Source: Camelus ferus (taxonomy: Eukaryota). Taken from it: 64,000 nucleotides of DNA. Made by a program: the position numbers and the translations under genes. Below the pieces are notes generated by a model. That model was not told where the DNA came from. It searched no databases and saw nothing but the letters and a program-made list of their open reading frames with translations. The DNA is taken from the NCBI RefSeq assembly GCF_009834535.1, contig NC_045696.1:69876001-69940000 (forward strand). Reading direction: 5' to 3'. Below, piece by piece: positions 39,041-51,450 of this stretch. Position 1 is the first letter of the stretch; each line of letters starts with the position of its first letter.

Positions 39041-39611
39041 ACTGTTGTTATTTTTGTAATCCTAGTGATTGGATCTTGAAAGCCTTCCCATGGCTTTCTG
39101 TTTGGGGTTATGAGTCCTCCTTATCTGTAATTTCATGGGGCCCAGAATTCTGTTCAGGGTGAATTCCAGGGTTTTGAAAAAGACAAATAATAGTTATTCA
39201 TAGTACAAAGTACCACTCACTACTGATACCAGTTCATTCTTTTGTTATGTGTTTATCAGTCAGACAAATTAATCCATAGATCCTGAGTAGGAAAGAAATG
39301 AAACTGAGTTGTAAAAGTCCCAGATTTTGGGATTTAAGAAACTTAGTAAATCAAATTTATAATCAGTACCTTCAAAATTGTACTTCTACTGGCAGCAAGG
39401 TATTCTCCATTTGTTACTGTTGGACTTACAAACTCACCAGTGGGCTGGTAAGATGTTTGCAAACCAGTAACTTTCTGAACTTATCTCCAAGAGGCTATTG
39501 GAGTATTTTGCCCCTGTGTCTTCAATAGCACAGTTCCTTAGAAAATATCCCAAAATTCTTTCCATTTGTAACGAATCTGGACAGACCCTTGAGTACATGG
39601 AGACCACAAAA

Positions 39612-39850
39612 CTTGGTAGTTAAGAGCCCAAGTTCTGGTCAGGCAGACCTGAGTTTACATCCTGGCTCTGCCTCTTACTTGGCATAAGACTAGGAAGTCA
39701 CCCATGGCTCCGAGCTTGGTTTCCTCACCTTGAAGAGGCAGTGGTAAGAGTAGCTAGCTCAGAGCATTGTGCTTGAAAATACACAGAAAGTGGGTTAGTT
39801 TGATGTTTGACAGAGACTGGGCATTCAATTTTAACTATTATGCTTATTAG
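39612..39850 (+). mobile_element. MIR SINE
   Basis: gtagttaagagcccaagttctggtcaggcagacctgagtttacatcctggctctgcc...ggtttcctcacct. Confidence 0.7.
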
Positions 39851-41234
39851 TGTAAAACTGAAAAAAGACTTCAAATGACTATGCTCGTCTAGTTCCGTTG
39901 GAAACCCAGCAGATAGGAATTAAATACAAAGGAGAAAATGGTGCTGGTCTGTACAAGCACCAATGTACAATGTGAGTGTTTTGAAAACAGGGACTGTGAG
40001 TCATTCATTTCCCTATCCTTAGCACAGTGTCTAGCACATAGTAGGTGCTTGTTGATTAAACTGTGAACTTACAAATAGGTAAATATTTTCTTTTTCAGTT
40101 TATGTGACACTTAACCCTTCTAAATTTGCAAACAAACCAAGAGACCTATTTTTCAAGTCAGTAAAAATTGTGTTGGGTGTATGTGTATTTTTGTGTGTGA
40201 GGATCCCCTTTAAAGGCTTTTTGACAATTGCAAAAAAAAAAAAAAAGGTAGGAAAAAAACAGACAAAATTGGTGGTGTCTTTATTTTTAATAAAGATTGG
40301 ACAACTGGTGATTTTTCATCTCTGAACACAGGCTTGACCTGTGAGTCCTGGGCTCAGTGGCAGATGGCCTGGAGCCTCAGGTGGGACTTGGGCTGCATCG
40401 TGGGGCTGGGCAGAAACCGAAGCTCTCTGCGGTTGCTTACCTGGGCTCAGGGGTCAGCCTTCCCTACAGCTCTGAGGGTGGAGAAGTTGTCCCCATCCTG
40501 GGCATAGCATCAGAGGTAATCCTCTGCTCCTGGCCCAGCTCAGGTGCATTCCAGCAGGTGGTGGAGAAAGCCAGGCTGTCACTTAGATTCAGGGGAGGAT
40601 CTGTTTGCCTTTGATAACAAAGCATTTAAGAAGATCTCTGAGTCATAGGCACAATCTGAAAGTCTTAAATTTAAAAGAAAATAATCAACAAAGTAATTCA
40701 AAAGCCATTTTCTAATAAATTATAAGGGACATAGGCCCCTCTGTATGTGATATTCTGCCGATTCTATTTAAATCCTCTATAATTTCGACACCAGAAGATT
40801 AGTCACCTGGAGAGGTGTTTTGGGCTTTGAAAATTCTGGAAAAAGTTACAGGCTTTTAACGAGTACAGTTTCGGTTGCCCGCACCCCCCTCACCTTTTTT
40901 TTAAGCGTACTGCTGAAATCCATATTCTGCAAAAGGATGTTTTTCAGAACAGGTTAAATCCCAGGCATGAGTATTTATATCTCCGGCTAATAACATGTGA
41001 AACACATAAATGAACAGCTTTTAGGGGTATTTTTTCTACTTGAAAAATGATCTGATGCCATTAATAAATTCTTGTAGTACTTTTAAGCTGGACTTTGCAT
41101 AGATCCAATTGATTTATTTTTGTAGGAGTGGAAAGGAAAGTTATTCATCTCATTTATATACCCTCCCACCTTACTTGAGAAACTACTTAAGGATCTTTAA
41201 GAATTAAAGATTCTCTTAAAGCTGAAATTTAAGT

Positions 41235-42320
41235 TTTTTAATTGAAGTATAGTTGATATATAACAGTATATTAGTTTCAGGTATACACAATGTAGTTATT
41301 CATTATTTGTATATATTGTGAAATGATCACCCACAGTAAGTCTAGTTAACATCCATCACTGTATATAGTTACAAGGTTATTTTTACTTGTGATGAGAACT
41401 TTTAAGATATGCTCTCTTAGCAACTTCCAAATATGTGTTACAGTTTTATGAACTATAGCCACCATGCTGTACATTATATCCCCATGACTTATTTTATGAG
41501 TGGAAATTTGTACCTTTTGACCCCCTTCACCCAATTCCTGCCTCCCCTCCACCTCTGGCAATCACCAGTCTTTAATGTATCTATGATCTTGGTTTTTTTT
41601 TTTTCTTTTAACATGCCTCATATAAGTGAAATCCTATGGTATTTGTCTTTCTCTGTCTCATTTCACTTAGCATAAGGCCTTCAAAGTCCATCCATGTTGG
41701 CGTAAATGACAAGATTTCATTCTTTTTATGGCTGAATAATATTTCATTATATATATATATACATACCACATTGTCTTTATCCATTCATCTGTTGGTGGAC
41801 ACTTATGTTGCTCCCATGTCTTGACTGTTGTAAATGTGCTGCAGAGAACATGGGGTGCTTCTATCTTTTCGAATTAGTATTTTTATTTTCTTTGGATGAA
41901 TACCTAGAAGTGGAATTGCTGGAACATAAGTAGTTCTATTTTTAATTTTTTGAGGAACCTCCATACTGTCTTTCATAGTGGCTGCACCAATTTACATTCC
42001 CTCCAACAGTGTACAAGAGTTCCCTTTTCTCCACATGCTCTTCAGTACTTGTTCTTTCTCGTCTTTTTTGATGCCTCCAGCTTTGTTCTTCTTTCTCAAG
42101 ATTGTTTTGGCTGTTCAGGGTATTTTGTGGTCCTATACAAATTCCAGGATTGTTCTATTTCTGTGAAAAATGCCATTGGAATTTTGATAGGGATTGCATT
42201 GAATATGTATATTGCTTTGGACAGTATGGATGTTTTAACAAAATTAAGTCTTCCAGTCCATGAGCATGGAATATCTTTCCATTTATTTGTGTCTTCTTCA
42301 GTTTCTTTCATTAATATCTT
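41235..42320 (-). mobile_element. L1MA9-like 3' portion with internal deletion
   Basis: L1 3'UTR reverse complement at 41235-41700. ORF2 peptide [37 protein letters not shown] (42096-42311, minus). Confidence 0.85.
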
Positions 42321-42649
42321 AAAGTTGACAATCTAATTTTTAAAGTTTGTATCAGCAAAATGGCTTACTACCCATTTTGTAAAACAATATCTTCTGTGAA
42401 GGAAGCAAGAGTATTCTTGCACCGTCAGTTGTTGAATGAAGTACTGGGAAGATTTCTGATTGCTTTTTCCATGGAAAGAAATACAACTGCAAATGATAGG
42501 GTTAAAAAAAAACCAAAACTAACCATGAGGCTTAAGTCTGGATTGCTAAAACTTTATATAATAAAACAGTTTCTGGGAGTTGATACTGGCTGCAGAGACC
42601 AACAACTGATTCCTCTGCCTGAATTACTCTTCTTAATTCTCCCTTCTCT

Positions 42650-42925
42650 GGTTCAGAGCTCCTCATCCTTCAAAACCCAGTTGAGATGTCACCACTTCCT
42701 TGAGCCTCCCTGACTGCTCTCTGCTGTTTCTGGCTTCCTCTTCCCTTTGTGCCTTACATGTATTTCTCAAGGGAGGCACACTTCCCATTGTGTATGTAAT
42801 TATTAGTATTTATCTTTTCCACTGGATTATGAGCCCTTTAAGGGCAAGGTCCGCATCTGTTTCATCTTTGTTGTCTAATACATTGCCTGGGAAGTAATGA
42901 GCACTCAAAGATTATGTTGAACACT
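42650..42925 (+). mobile_element. L2 3' fragment
   Basis: ctcatccttcaaaacccagttgagatgtcaccacttcc...cactggattatgagccctttaagggcaagg...cattgcctggg. Confidence 0.7.
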
Positions 42926-43647
42926 TAACTGCCATAAGGCAACATCAAAATAGGTGCCAAGTGGAGATATTTTGTGTTGGTAGAAATGAATTTTAGATTT
43001 TACATGATTTTGTTTATGATTTTAAAAAGCAGTCCATTAAATGGGGGGAAAAAGTTAACCGTTAACCCTCAATGTTGGCAGTGGTACGGTAAGAGACACT
43101 CATACATTGCTGATGAGGGTATAAATTGGCACACCTTTTCTGGCACACTGTTTGGAAATTTGAAGCTTAAATACAGGCATACACTTTCACCTAGTAATTC
43201 TGTTTCCTATAATGTATTCTAAAGAAATAGTAACTCCAGCATTATAACATTAAGGATAATCAAAGGTACAGACATTTGATGTCGATTACACTTGAAAAAA
43301 AAATTACAGCAGCAACAGCTTTCTGATTTTATGACTCAGACCAAGTAGTGAGTTCTTAAATAACTTGAAATGATAATGATAACTTCAAGTCCTTGTTTTA
43401 TGTTCTCCCACATCATCCAGGCTGTTGTACACATAGTAGATGTTCAGTAAATACTTCAGTGAGTGAATAAATGAGTTCCTTAAACTGAAATAAAAAGCAC
43501 CAAATACATTGAATAATGTAACCTTACCCTATGCTACCACCAGATTTAACAACTATTATTTGACACGCTTGTTTCCAAGCTTATTTTTCTTTGTTTATGC
43601 TTTTAAAATTATGCGAGTAATACACATGTTCTTCATGCAAGTATTTT

Positions 43648-43932
43648 TTTTACATTTTCATAGTTGTATTTATTTTTTTCATTTTTCAGTTTTATTAGGT
43701 AGAATTATTGCAATTTGGCTGCACATATCCAATATATTGCATTGAAACACATATATGCAATATACTGCACATTTAAAAAAATTTACGTATATGTGCTGTT
43801 CATTGTTTCTAAGAACGTTTAGAGCTTTGGCTTTTTAAACTTACGTAGTTACCAAAGAAATAAAGCCAACCACAAAATAAGAATTAATTCAAGAAGATAC
43901 ATATACCCCACTATTAGCAACATTCTTTATAA
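43648..43932 (-). mobile_element. 5'-truncated copy of the HAL1-like family
   Basis: 43764-43932 aligns by eye with 31645-31819, and 43673-43803 with 37006-37128. TSD TCATGCA(C)AGTATTTT at 43633-43647 and 43933-43948. Confidence 0.8.
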
Positions 43933-45669
43933 TCATGCACAGTATTTTATAGTCTGCAAGATGCTTTTAATATTTTGTTTTTCTCTTGATCAAATCAGAA
44001 GAGTATCATTCCCATTTATTTTATAGAAAGGACAGCTGAGGCTTGGAGGAAAGCCAGGATTTGAACTACCACTTTACTCCTGGTTTAATATTCTTTATAT
44101 TATAGGAATTTTTGGAGATCTCTTAGGAAACAAAGAGTACCTAGAATGTTTATTAAGGGAGAGTGTGCATCAGTTCCAGAAAGATGTTGACAGATTAGAA
44201 GGAATTTAAAGAGGAGCCAGCACTGCTGGAAGGAAGGACATAGGAGAGATGGAAGGAGCTAAATATGTATAGCTTGGCCAAAGGATGATTAAAGGGGATA
44301 TGATAACAGTCCCTAAGAATGTGAAGGATGTAAACATCATGGAAAGAGAAAATGTATTTAGAGTGGATCAAAGCCGTATATAAAAAGAAATAAAAATTAA
44401 TGCTAAACATTAGGAAAAGCTGTTCTCATGGGGAGACTTGTTAGCTTATAAATTGGTGTCCCAAGAGAAGTGTGAAAAGCCCTATATAGTAGGCATTTAT
44501 GACAGAGCTGTCCTGCCCCTACTTGGGGAGGGCTTTTCCAGTTCTAATTCTGATGGCTGAGATCATGGCCCTTCCTAGCATGCATTTGTCACCCAGTTCT
44601 CATTGCACAGTTTTGCATATCGGGGTCAAAAGAAAGAGTCTTGTTACAGTCTCATAGAGGCCAAACTCAGGCTTGTCCCCAACATGATGCAGTCCAACCT
44701 TGCAGAGACCATCCCTGCAGCCTAAATTAAAACCCTAAGAGTTTAGCTGATTAACTCTGTGAACGGAAGGTGAATGATTTCTCCCTCCAAGGTGCCCCCT
44801 GCTGGGAATTTCAGGTTGTGAGCAAGATACCCAGGTGCCTCCTTACTATAAAATTAACAGCCATGTTGAGTAAGCAAGTGGGAACATTCCTGAGAGAGCT
44901 TAGGAGGCAGTGCAGTCCTTTGTCCTTTGAATGCAGTAAGATACCACCGTTATATGGGTGAAAAGTGATCTAGCATATGTTGTGTATGTGTGAAGTCGTG
45001 TCCCCAGAAGGGGCACCAGAGCCCATGGGACCTCAAGTAAAATGTGAGGTCAAGGTGTTAAAGGTTGACCTTTCATTGGGATGTAGCTACAGAATTATCT
45101 CCACCCCACAGGAGTCAGGCAAGCGAGGTGTCCAAATTAAACAAGAATTTAGAGGGCAGTCTCAAAAGGAGGAGTGTGATGTTTGGAATGGGAAGGGTCA
45201 GAGGTCTGTTGGGGTCCTTGAAAGGAGCTGGAAGGCACTCAGACCTGTGAAAGAGTGGGCCACCCCACCTCTGTGCTGTACTGTCTCTTGTAAGAGAAGG
45301 CCTTTGGAGTTACTTAGCCTGAATCTCATAGGATCTGTCCAAAGAAATTTAAGTTTACAATTAATTTCCCTGTTATAAGTAACATTTAAAATTATTCTAG
45401 TCCATGTTAATGCTGCCTGGAATACTGTAGACAGTGTCAGTGCACTTCTCACCTCGTTGGAAACCCATAAAAATAATTACCAGGTGTTAACATATACTTA
45501 AAAAAAAAAAAAAAGCTTTAACACTGCAAAGGCGACCAAGGCCTCCTGATCTGCCCAGTGTATGACTTATGCTCAGAAAAAGTAGAATGGATGCATAGAG
45601 GCTCTGAATAGTGGAGGTGTGAGTTTTGATCATGCTCTTATAGGGAAATAAGGGAAATGTATATAAGAT

Positions 45670-45830
45670 TTGGGACCCAGAGGACATTAATTTGAATTTG
45701 GGCTCTGACATTATCCCTCTGCCCTTGGGCAAGTTGCTTCGCCTCTGAGTGTGTTTCCTCATCAGTAAAATGAAGTTGGTACTTTTCACCTTACCCACCC
45801 TTACAGCACTATTGTGAGATGAAAAGTGTG
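45670..45830 (+). mobile_element. MIR SINE
   Basis: ccttgggcaagttgcttcgcctctgagtgtgtttcctcatcagtaaaatg. Confidence 0.7.
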
Positions 45831-47992
45831 AAAGGGATTCAACCTACCTAAGTCTGCAGATGCTCATCACCCCTGAGGCTCAAGGGGAAGAGGTGCCTGA
45901 GCAGAGGTGGGTTGCTGCCTGAGGGATCTTGAGGGTTTCCCTTGGTTACTGTATTAATAAGGAAATGTGCACCCTCTTGTGGTGAAGTGAGGGGGTTAAG
46001 GGAGTCTTCTGAAAAGTCTTGAATATTATTATTGTGGGTTTTTTTTTTTTAAACTGTCACCAGAAACTCTTTCCCAGTAGTAAATGTACACAGTCTTTCT
46101 CAACAAACGCTTAAATTGCATTGTGAATAAATTGCTTAGTCTTTACTCAGTTTTTTTTGCAGTGAGAGATACTACGTTTTTTTCTCTAATCAGAATAAAT
46201 GTTTTCCTCCATTTATTTCCTAGTCTATTCATAGAAAGGCTTGCTAGGGTTTTTTTTTGTTAATTTTTCTAGATTGCTGTATTTATTTTGCTTTTACTTT
46301 GTGCTGTTTGCATTTACTTTTTCCCCTCTGATTTAGTATCTGTTAAGTTTCTAATACCTATTTAAGGCTTTCTCTCTCACCTGTGCTAACACAGGGCCTC
46401 TGACACCCAGCATAGTAATAAGTGTTCAATAAATGGTGTTAAATGGATGCTGACAGTCTTCTAAACCATGCCTCAGTCCCCTCCCCCGCCTTTTACCTGT
46501 GGGTTTCCTTGGCATCAGTTTTCCTGAAACATAGAAATAAATTGAGAAAGTATGGTATTTCAGTCACTTAACATTATTTTTCTCAGTTTCCTTTCAGGTA
46601 AGTTAAGGGGGTGAGAATAAGTGATTTGCAAGGTTCTGGCTCTGTAGGGATAAGGAAATAGAAAGATCACCTTCTTTGGCAGAACCTGAGAGGGCTGTGA
46701 AATGTCTTGTGTCTGCCAGTTCCTCTGTTGTTGTTTCCTCAGTTCCTAGGTTAATAGAGGGAGGGAGCAGCAGAGCAAGGTAGAGCAGAAGAAAAGGCGT
46801 AAAGAAGGGAAGAGGCAGGATGAACAACAGGATCAGAGAACATTGTGTGTGGCCGGGGAGGCGAGGGGGATTAAGAGGACAGTAGCAGCATTCCAGGAAG
46901 AAGCTGTAACATCCTGAGCTATGTGAACATTTTTCATAGCTTATACACATTGTATTTGTAATGCTCATAGGGGATTATCTGACTCAACATCCTTTATTCC
47001 CACACATTGCTTACATTAAATTTGGGGGAAAAAATCTTTTTCCCTAATTGAGTTACGAAGTCCCTGATCATGTAGCAGTTCAGGCTACAGCAGTGATTTT
47101 CTATTGGCTTTATATATTCTTCATTTTACTAAAAGTTTCTTCTTCAAACCTGGCTGCTTAAAAGTGTTTTGTTGGTAAGGCCCTTGGGTGTGGGGAGCTG
47201 TGCGGGGGGAGCTTGCCTTGGATTTTCTTTCAGTTTTACAATTTCAAGATTTGTATCACTGTAACAGGGGACTTGATAGTCAGAATGTCAGTTGAAAAAC
47301 ATACTGAGAAGCACTGAACAGCCTGCAATACTCCTCTTGGCTGGCCAGCAGTCTTCCCCTGAGAAAGTCAGGTTGCCTTTGGAAGATTGCTTGGTGCTTA
47401 GTGGGAAGTTCATTGGTTTCATTAATTGAACAGATCTTAATAGTTTTGCTGTGGGTGCCAAGTACTGAGCAAAGTGCTGGAATTAAGTCAAAAGTCTAGC
47501 TTTCAAGTCCTCAGACTCCTCACAGAGAGCCACATAAGCAAATACCTGAACCACATGCCTAGTGCTTTAGAAGGGGGACATATACGGTGCTTGGAGGCAG
47601 AGAATGGAAGTGAGTACCTACCACGATATGACTCCTTCAAGAATAGGAGTTTCCCAGGACAGGAGAAAGGAGTACACGCTGGGAATTGCAAGGAGTTGAG
47701 AATGATCTTTAATGCTCATTAAGCCATAAAGCCTGATGAGAAGTTGGATCCTTGAAACTTACTTACTGAGAAGTCCATGAAATTCATCGTGGCTAGTCAT
47801 TTGCCCTCTCGCCTGGAAAGTGATGCAGCTGCATGGTCTATTCTTTTGGCTTCTCTTCTAGATCTCATGCTCTACAACAGTGGTTTTCAAACTTTTGGCC
47901 TCTGGACCCCTTTATGCTCTTCCAAATTATTGAGGACTCTGAAGAGCTTTTGATATTTACCATACCTGAAGATAAAACTAAGGAAGTTTGAA

Positions 47993-48960
47993 GCTTAATA
48001 ACAACAACAAAAAAATCCAATCCTGAAGTGGGCAAAAGACTGAAACAAGCAATTCTCCAATGAAGACATACAAATGGCCAATAGGCACATGAAAAAATGC
48101 TCAATCTTGCTAATTATCAGAGAAATGCAAATCAAAACTACAGTGAGGTGTCACTTCACATCAGTCAGAATGGCCGTATTTTAAAAGTCCGTGAACAATA
48201 AATGCTGGATAGGGTATGGAAAAAAGGGAACCCTCCTACACTCATGGTGGGAATGTAGTTGGGTACAGCCATAATGGAAAGTAATATGGAGATTCCTCAA
48301 AAAACTAAAAATAGACTTACCATATGATCCAGCAATCCCACTCATGGGCATATATCTGGAGGGAACTCTAATTTGAAAAGATACATGCACCCCAGTGTTC
48401 ATAGCAGCACTGTTGACAATAGCTAAGACATGGAAACAACCTAAATGTCCATTGATAGATGACTGGATAAAGGAGTTGTGGTATATTTATACAGTGGAAT
48501 ACTACTCAGCCATAAAAATTAATAAAATAATGCCATTTGCAGCAACATGGATGGACCTGGAGAATGTCATTCTAGGTGAAGTAAGCCAGAAAGAAAAAGA
48601 AAAATACCATATGATATCAGTCATATGTAGAACAACAAGAACAACAAAAAGAAAAACCAAATGAACTTATTTATAAAACAAAAATAGACTGACAGACATA
48701 GAAAATAAACTTGTGGTTACCGGGGTTCAAAGGAGTGGGAAGGGATAAGTTGGGAGTTTGAGATTTGCAGATACTATTATATATAAAATAGATATACAAC
48801 AGGTTTCTTCTGTATAGCATAGGGAACTATATTCAATATTTTGTAGTAACCTGTAATGAAAAAGAATATGAAAATGAATATATGTATGTATATGCATGAC
48901 TGAAACGTGCTGTACACCAGAAATTGACACATTGTAAACTGACTATACTTCAATTTTAAA
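47993..48960 (+). mobile_element. younger artiodactyl/camelid L1 3' end (~1 kb)
   Basis: ORF2 C-terminus [26 protein letters not shown] and L1 3'UTR. TSD AAGTTTGAA at 47984-47992 and 48961-48969. Confidence 0.9.
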
Positions 48961-49043
48961 AAGTTTGAAAGTATTAATTCACTTAAAAAATAATAAAATA
49001 ATTACATGTTAACATAAATAACATTTTATTTAAAATAACTATA

Positions 49044-49269
49044 CAGTTGACCCTTGGATATCGCAGGGCTTAGGGGCACCGAGTCTCTGCACAGTCGAAA
49101 ATCGACGTATGACTTACAGTCAGTCCTCCACATGTGCCTTGTGGTTCCTCCATAACTACAGGTTCGCATTTGCAGATTCAGTCAACCGCAGGTAGTGTAG
49201 AGCTGTAGTATTCACCACTGAGAAAAGTTCGTAAGTGGACCCATACGTTCAGACCCACAGGGTCAACTG
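49044..49269. mobile_element. Tigger2-derived MITE
   Basis: TIRs CAGTTGACCCT / AGGGTCAACTG, preceded by TA. Confidence 0.8.
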
Positions 49270-50436
49270 CATTTTATAAAACCAAAAAATTTAGTGAGAG
49301 TAGTGGCATTGTTTTACCTTCATGTTTTTGCAAATCTCTAATGCTTTACTTAAGAGAAGGCATATAGATTTGCATATCTGCTTCTAAATTCAATACGATG
49401 TAATATATTATTTTGGCTGAAGTATATGAAGAAAACCTGGGCTCACCCAGGTGCATAGTTGGGGAAAAAAGTATTTCAAAATGCTTTTAAGATAATTATG
49501 GATATTCTTCTTTGATACTACACCAAAACTTAACAAATAGTTGTTTCTTAAAGGTTAGTTGCCATATTGTATCTGAAACCTTGTGAATGAAATTTAACAT
49601 TCTGTTACATGAGAATCTCTTACTAATGCAGGGTCTTGTAACATCATACATTAGTTATTTGGAAAGTATTGATTCACTGGATTATTCAGATCTTCCAAAT
49701 GTTGACATGTTGCATTATACAGTATCAAAAAATCAGAATCATCACTACCATGACCAGTCTTAACCGGTAAAGTCTTTAAATATTGGAAAGCTGAAAGCTC
49801 ATGATAGTTTCTCCAAATTCTAATTTTTGCTTGAGAGGTCATATTTCATCATTAGCAACAAAATGTAGCAGCAGAGTTAGTTGTTTTCCTAGAAGTGACA
49901 GGCTCACTTCATCTATTTTCAAGAATATGTCAGATACGCAGTTTTGAATAGCCATAGCTGTCAGTGGTTCTTTCAAGTAAACATGGTATTCCATGAAGAA
50001 AGCTGCTATTTCAGCTTGCAACTCAAACAGTGAAACATTGCCTTTCCTTGTGACAGCATCTTTCTTCAGTATGCAGAAGTGCCTTCTATGTACTTTACAT
50101 TTTGTCACACAGAACACTTCAAAAAATCAGTACTCCAGCGTCAAGATTATTAAAAATTCATCATTTTTACTGCTTATCAAGAACCCCTTTATGAGAGTGC
50201 ATAACAATGGGAATGCAATGACTCTTAGTACAGTTTGGTGCCATTGCCTTGACTTGTGTTAAGGTTCCAGCAGTTTTACGCATCATTTCTTTTACACTCA
50301 TCTTTGTAAATATTAAACAGCTAAAGAACAAATAACATCGTGGTGTTATTAGGAAAATAGTTTTAGCCTTGTGGAATCCCTGAAAGAGCCTTGGGGATCC
50401 TAAGGGTCTGCAGATCACACTTTGAGAACTATATTG

Positions 50437-50600
50437 GTTTAGTGATGAAACATGACTCAGGGTCTAGATTGCCTGGGTTTGAATACTGCTTCTGCTGCTG
50501 ATTATCTGTGTGACTCTGGGAGGATGTTGAACCTCTCTGTGACTGTTTTCTCCATGTAAAATGTGTGTAATAATAGTACCTGCCTCATTAAATGAGTTGA
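50437..50600 (+). mobile_element. MIR SINE
   Basis: ctagattgcctgggtttgaat...aacctctctgtgactgttttctccatgtaaaatg...aatagtacctgcctca. Confidence 0.75.
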
Positions 50601-51249
50601 TCTGCCTAATAGTTAATCCATTGGTGGGCATTGGTGAACGTAATAGCTGGTTGACTGGTTAATTGACCATCTGGGGAAATAAGGACAAGATTTGCCCAGA
50701 AGCTGTCTCCTCTGTCAGTCTTCCAGGATGCCTGGGGTGGCTATCATTGTAACTATTTCTTTGTACCCTTATGGGGGTAAAATATATATTAACTGAGTAA
50801 AACCCATATGCTAGGAGTGGGTAATGTTTTAGCTAACAACTTAGTAGGGACTGGTTTATCTAATCAACCTAACAACTCTTGCCAACTGAGTCAAGGCTTT
50901 GAAGGAATGGAGAAGGATGGTGCTTGATGAAGTGGCAATGGTGGGGGGAGATCCAGGAGCAGTGAGGGGTCCCTCGGACAACTGTAGGACAGCGGGAGAG
51001 TACTGAATGAGGGCTCTCCAGGGAGGGGAGGAATGACAGAAACTGTCATATATTGGATTGGTCCTGGTCTTCTCTTTCTTTTGTGAATTGCAGGCGTCGT
51101 CCAGGCGTATATTATGTAAGTGCCCCTCCCTACACATCCTCCAGTTCTGAGATGCAGCCATCTCTGAGGCAGTACAATAAGTCTCATTAGTTCAGACCTG
51201 ACTAATGTTGAACTTGTAACTACTGGGAGGTAGACAGTGCAACACACAG

Positions 51250-51450
51250 AAAAGAACATGGGCTCTGCGAGGAGGCATGTCAGGGCTCAAAGCCTGGCTC
51301 TGTTGTAAGCCAGCTCTGTGGCCTAGGGCAGAGGCTGAACCTTTCTAAGCCTCTGTTTCATCTCTGTAAAATGGGGCTGCCAGCACCTCATATGGGGGTT
51401 GTGAATATTAAATGAGGTAGCTGCTTGTAGGCGCTCAATAAATATCTATT
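51250..51450 (+). mobile_element. MIR SINE
   Basis: aacctttctaagcctctgtttcatctctgtaaaatgggg...gttgtgaatattaaatgag...gcgctcaataaat. Confidence 0.75.

Larger units (their letters stand above)
47878..50432. mobile_element. Charlie1(a)-like hAT transposon interrupted by two later insertions
   Basis: Ends cagtggttttcaaacttttggcctctggacccctttatgctctt and gggtctgcagatcacactttgagaact. About 1.35 kb remains after removing the nested inserts. Degraded transposase-like peptide LFELQAEIAAFFMEYHVYLKE on the minus strand (49839-50117). Confidence 0.75.
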
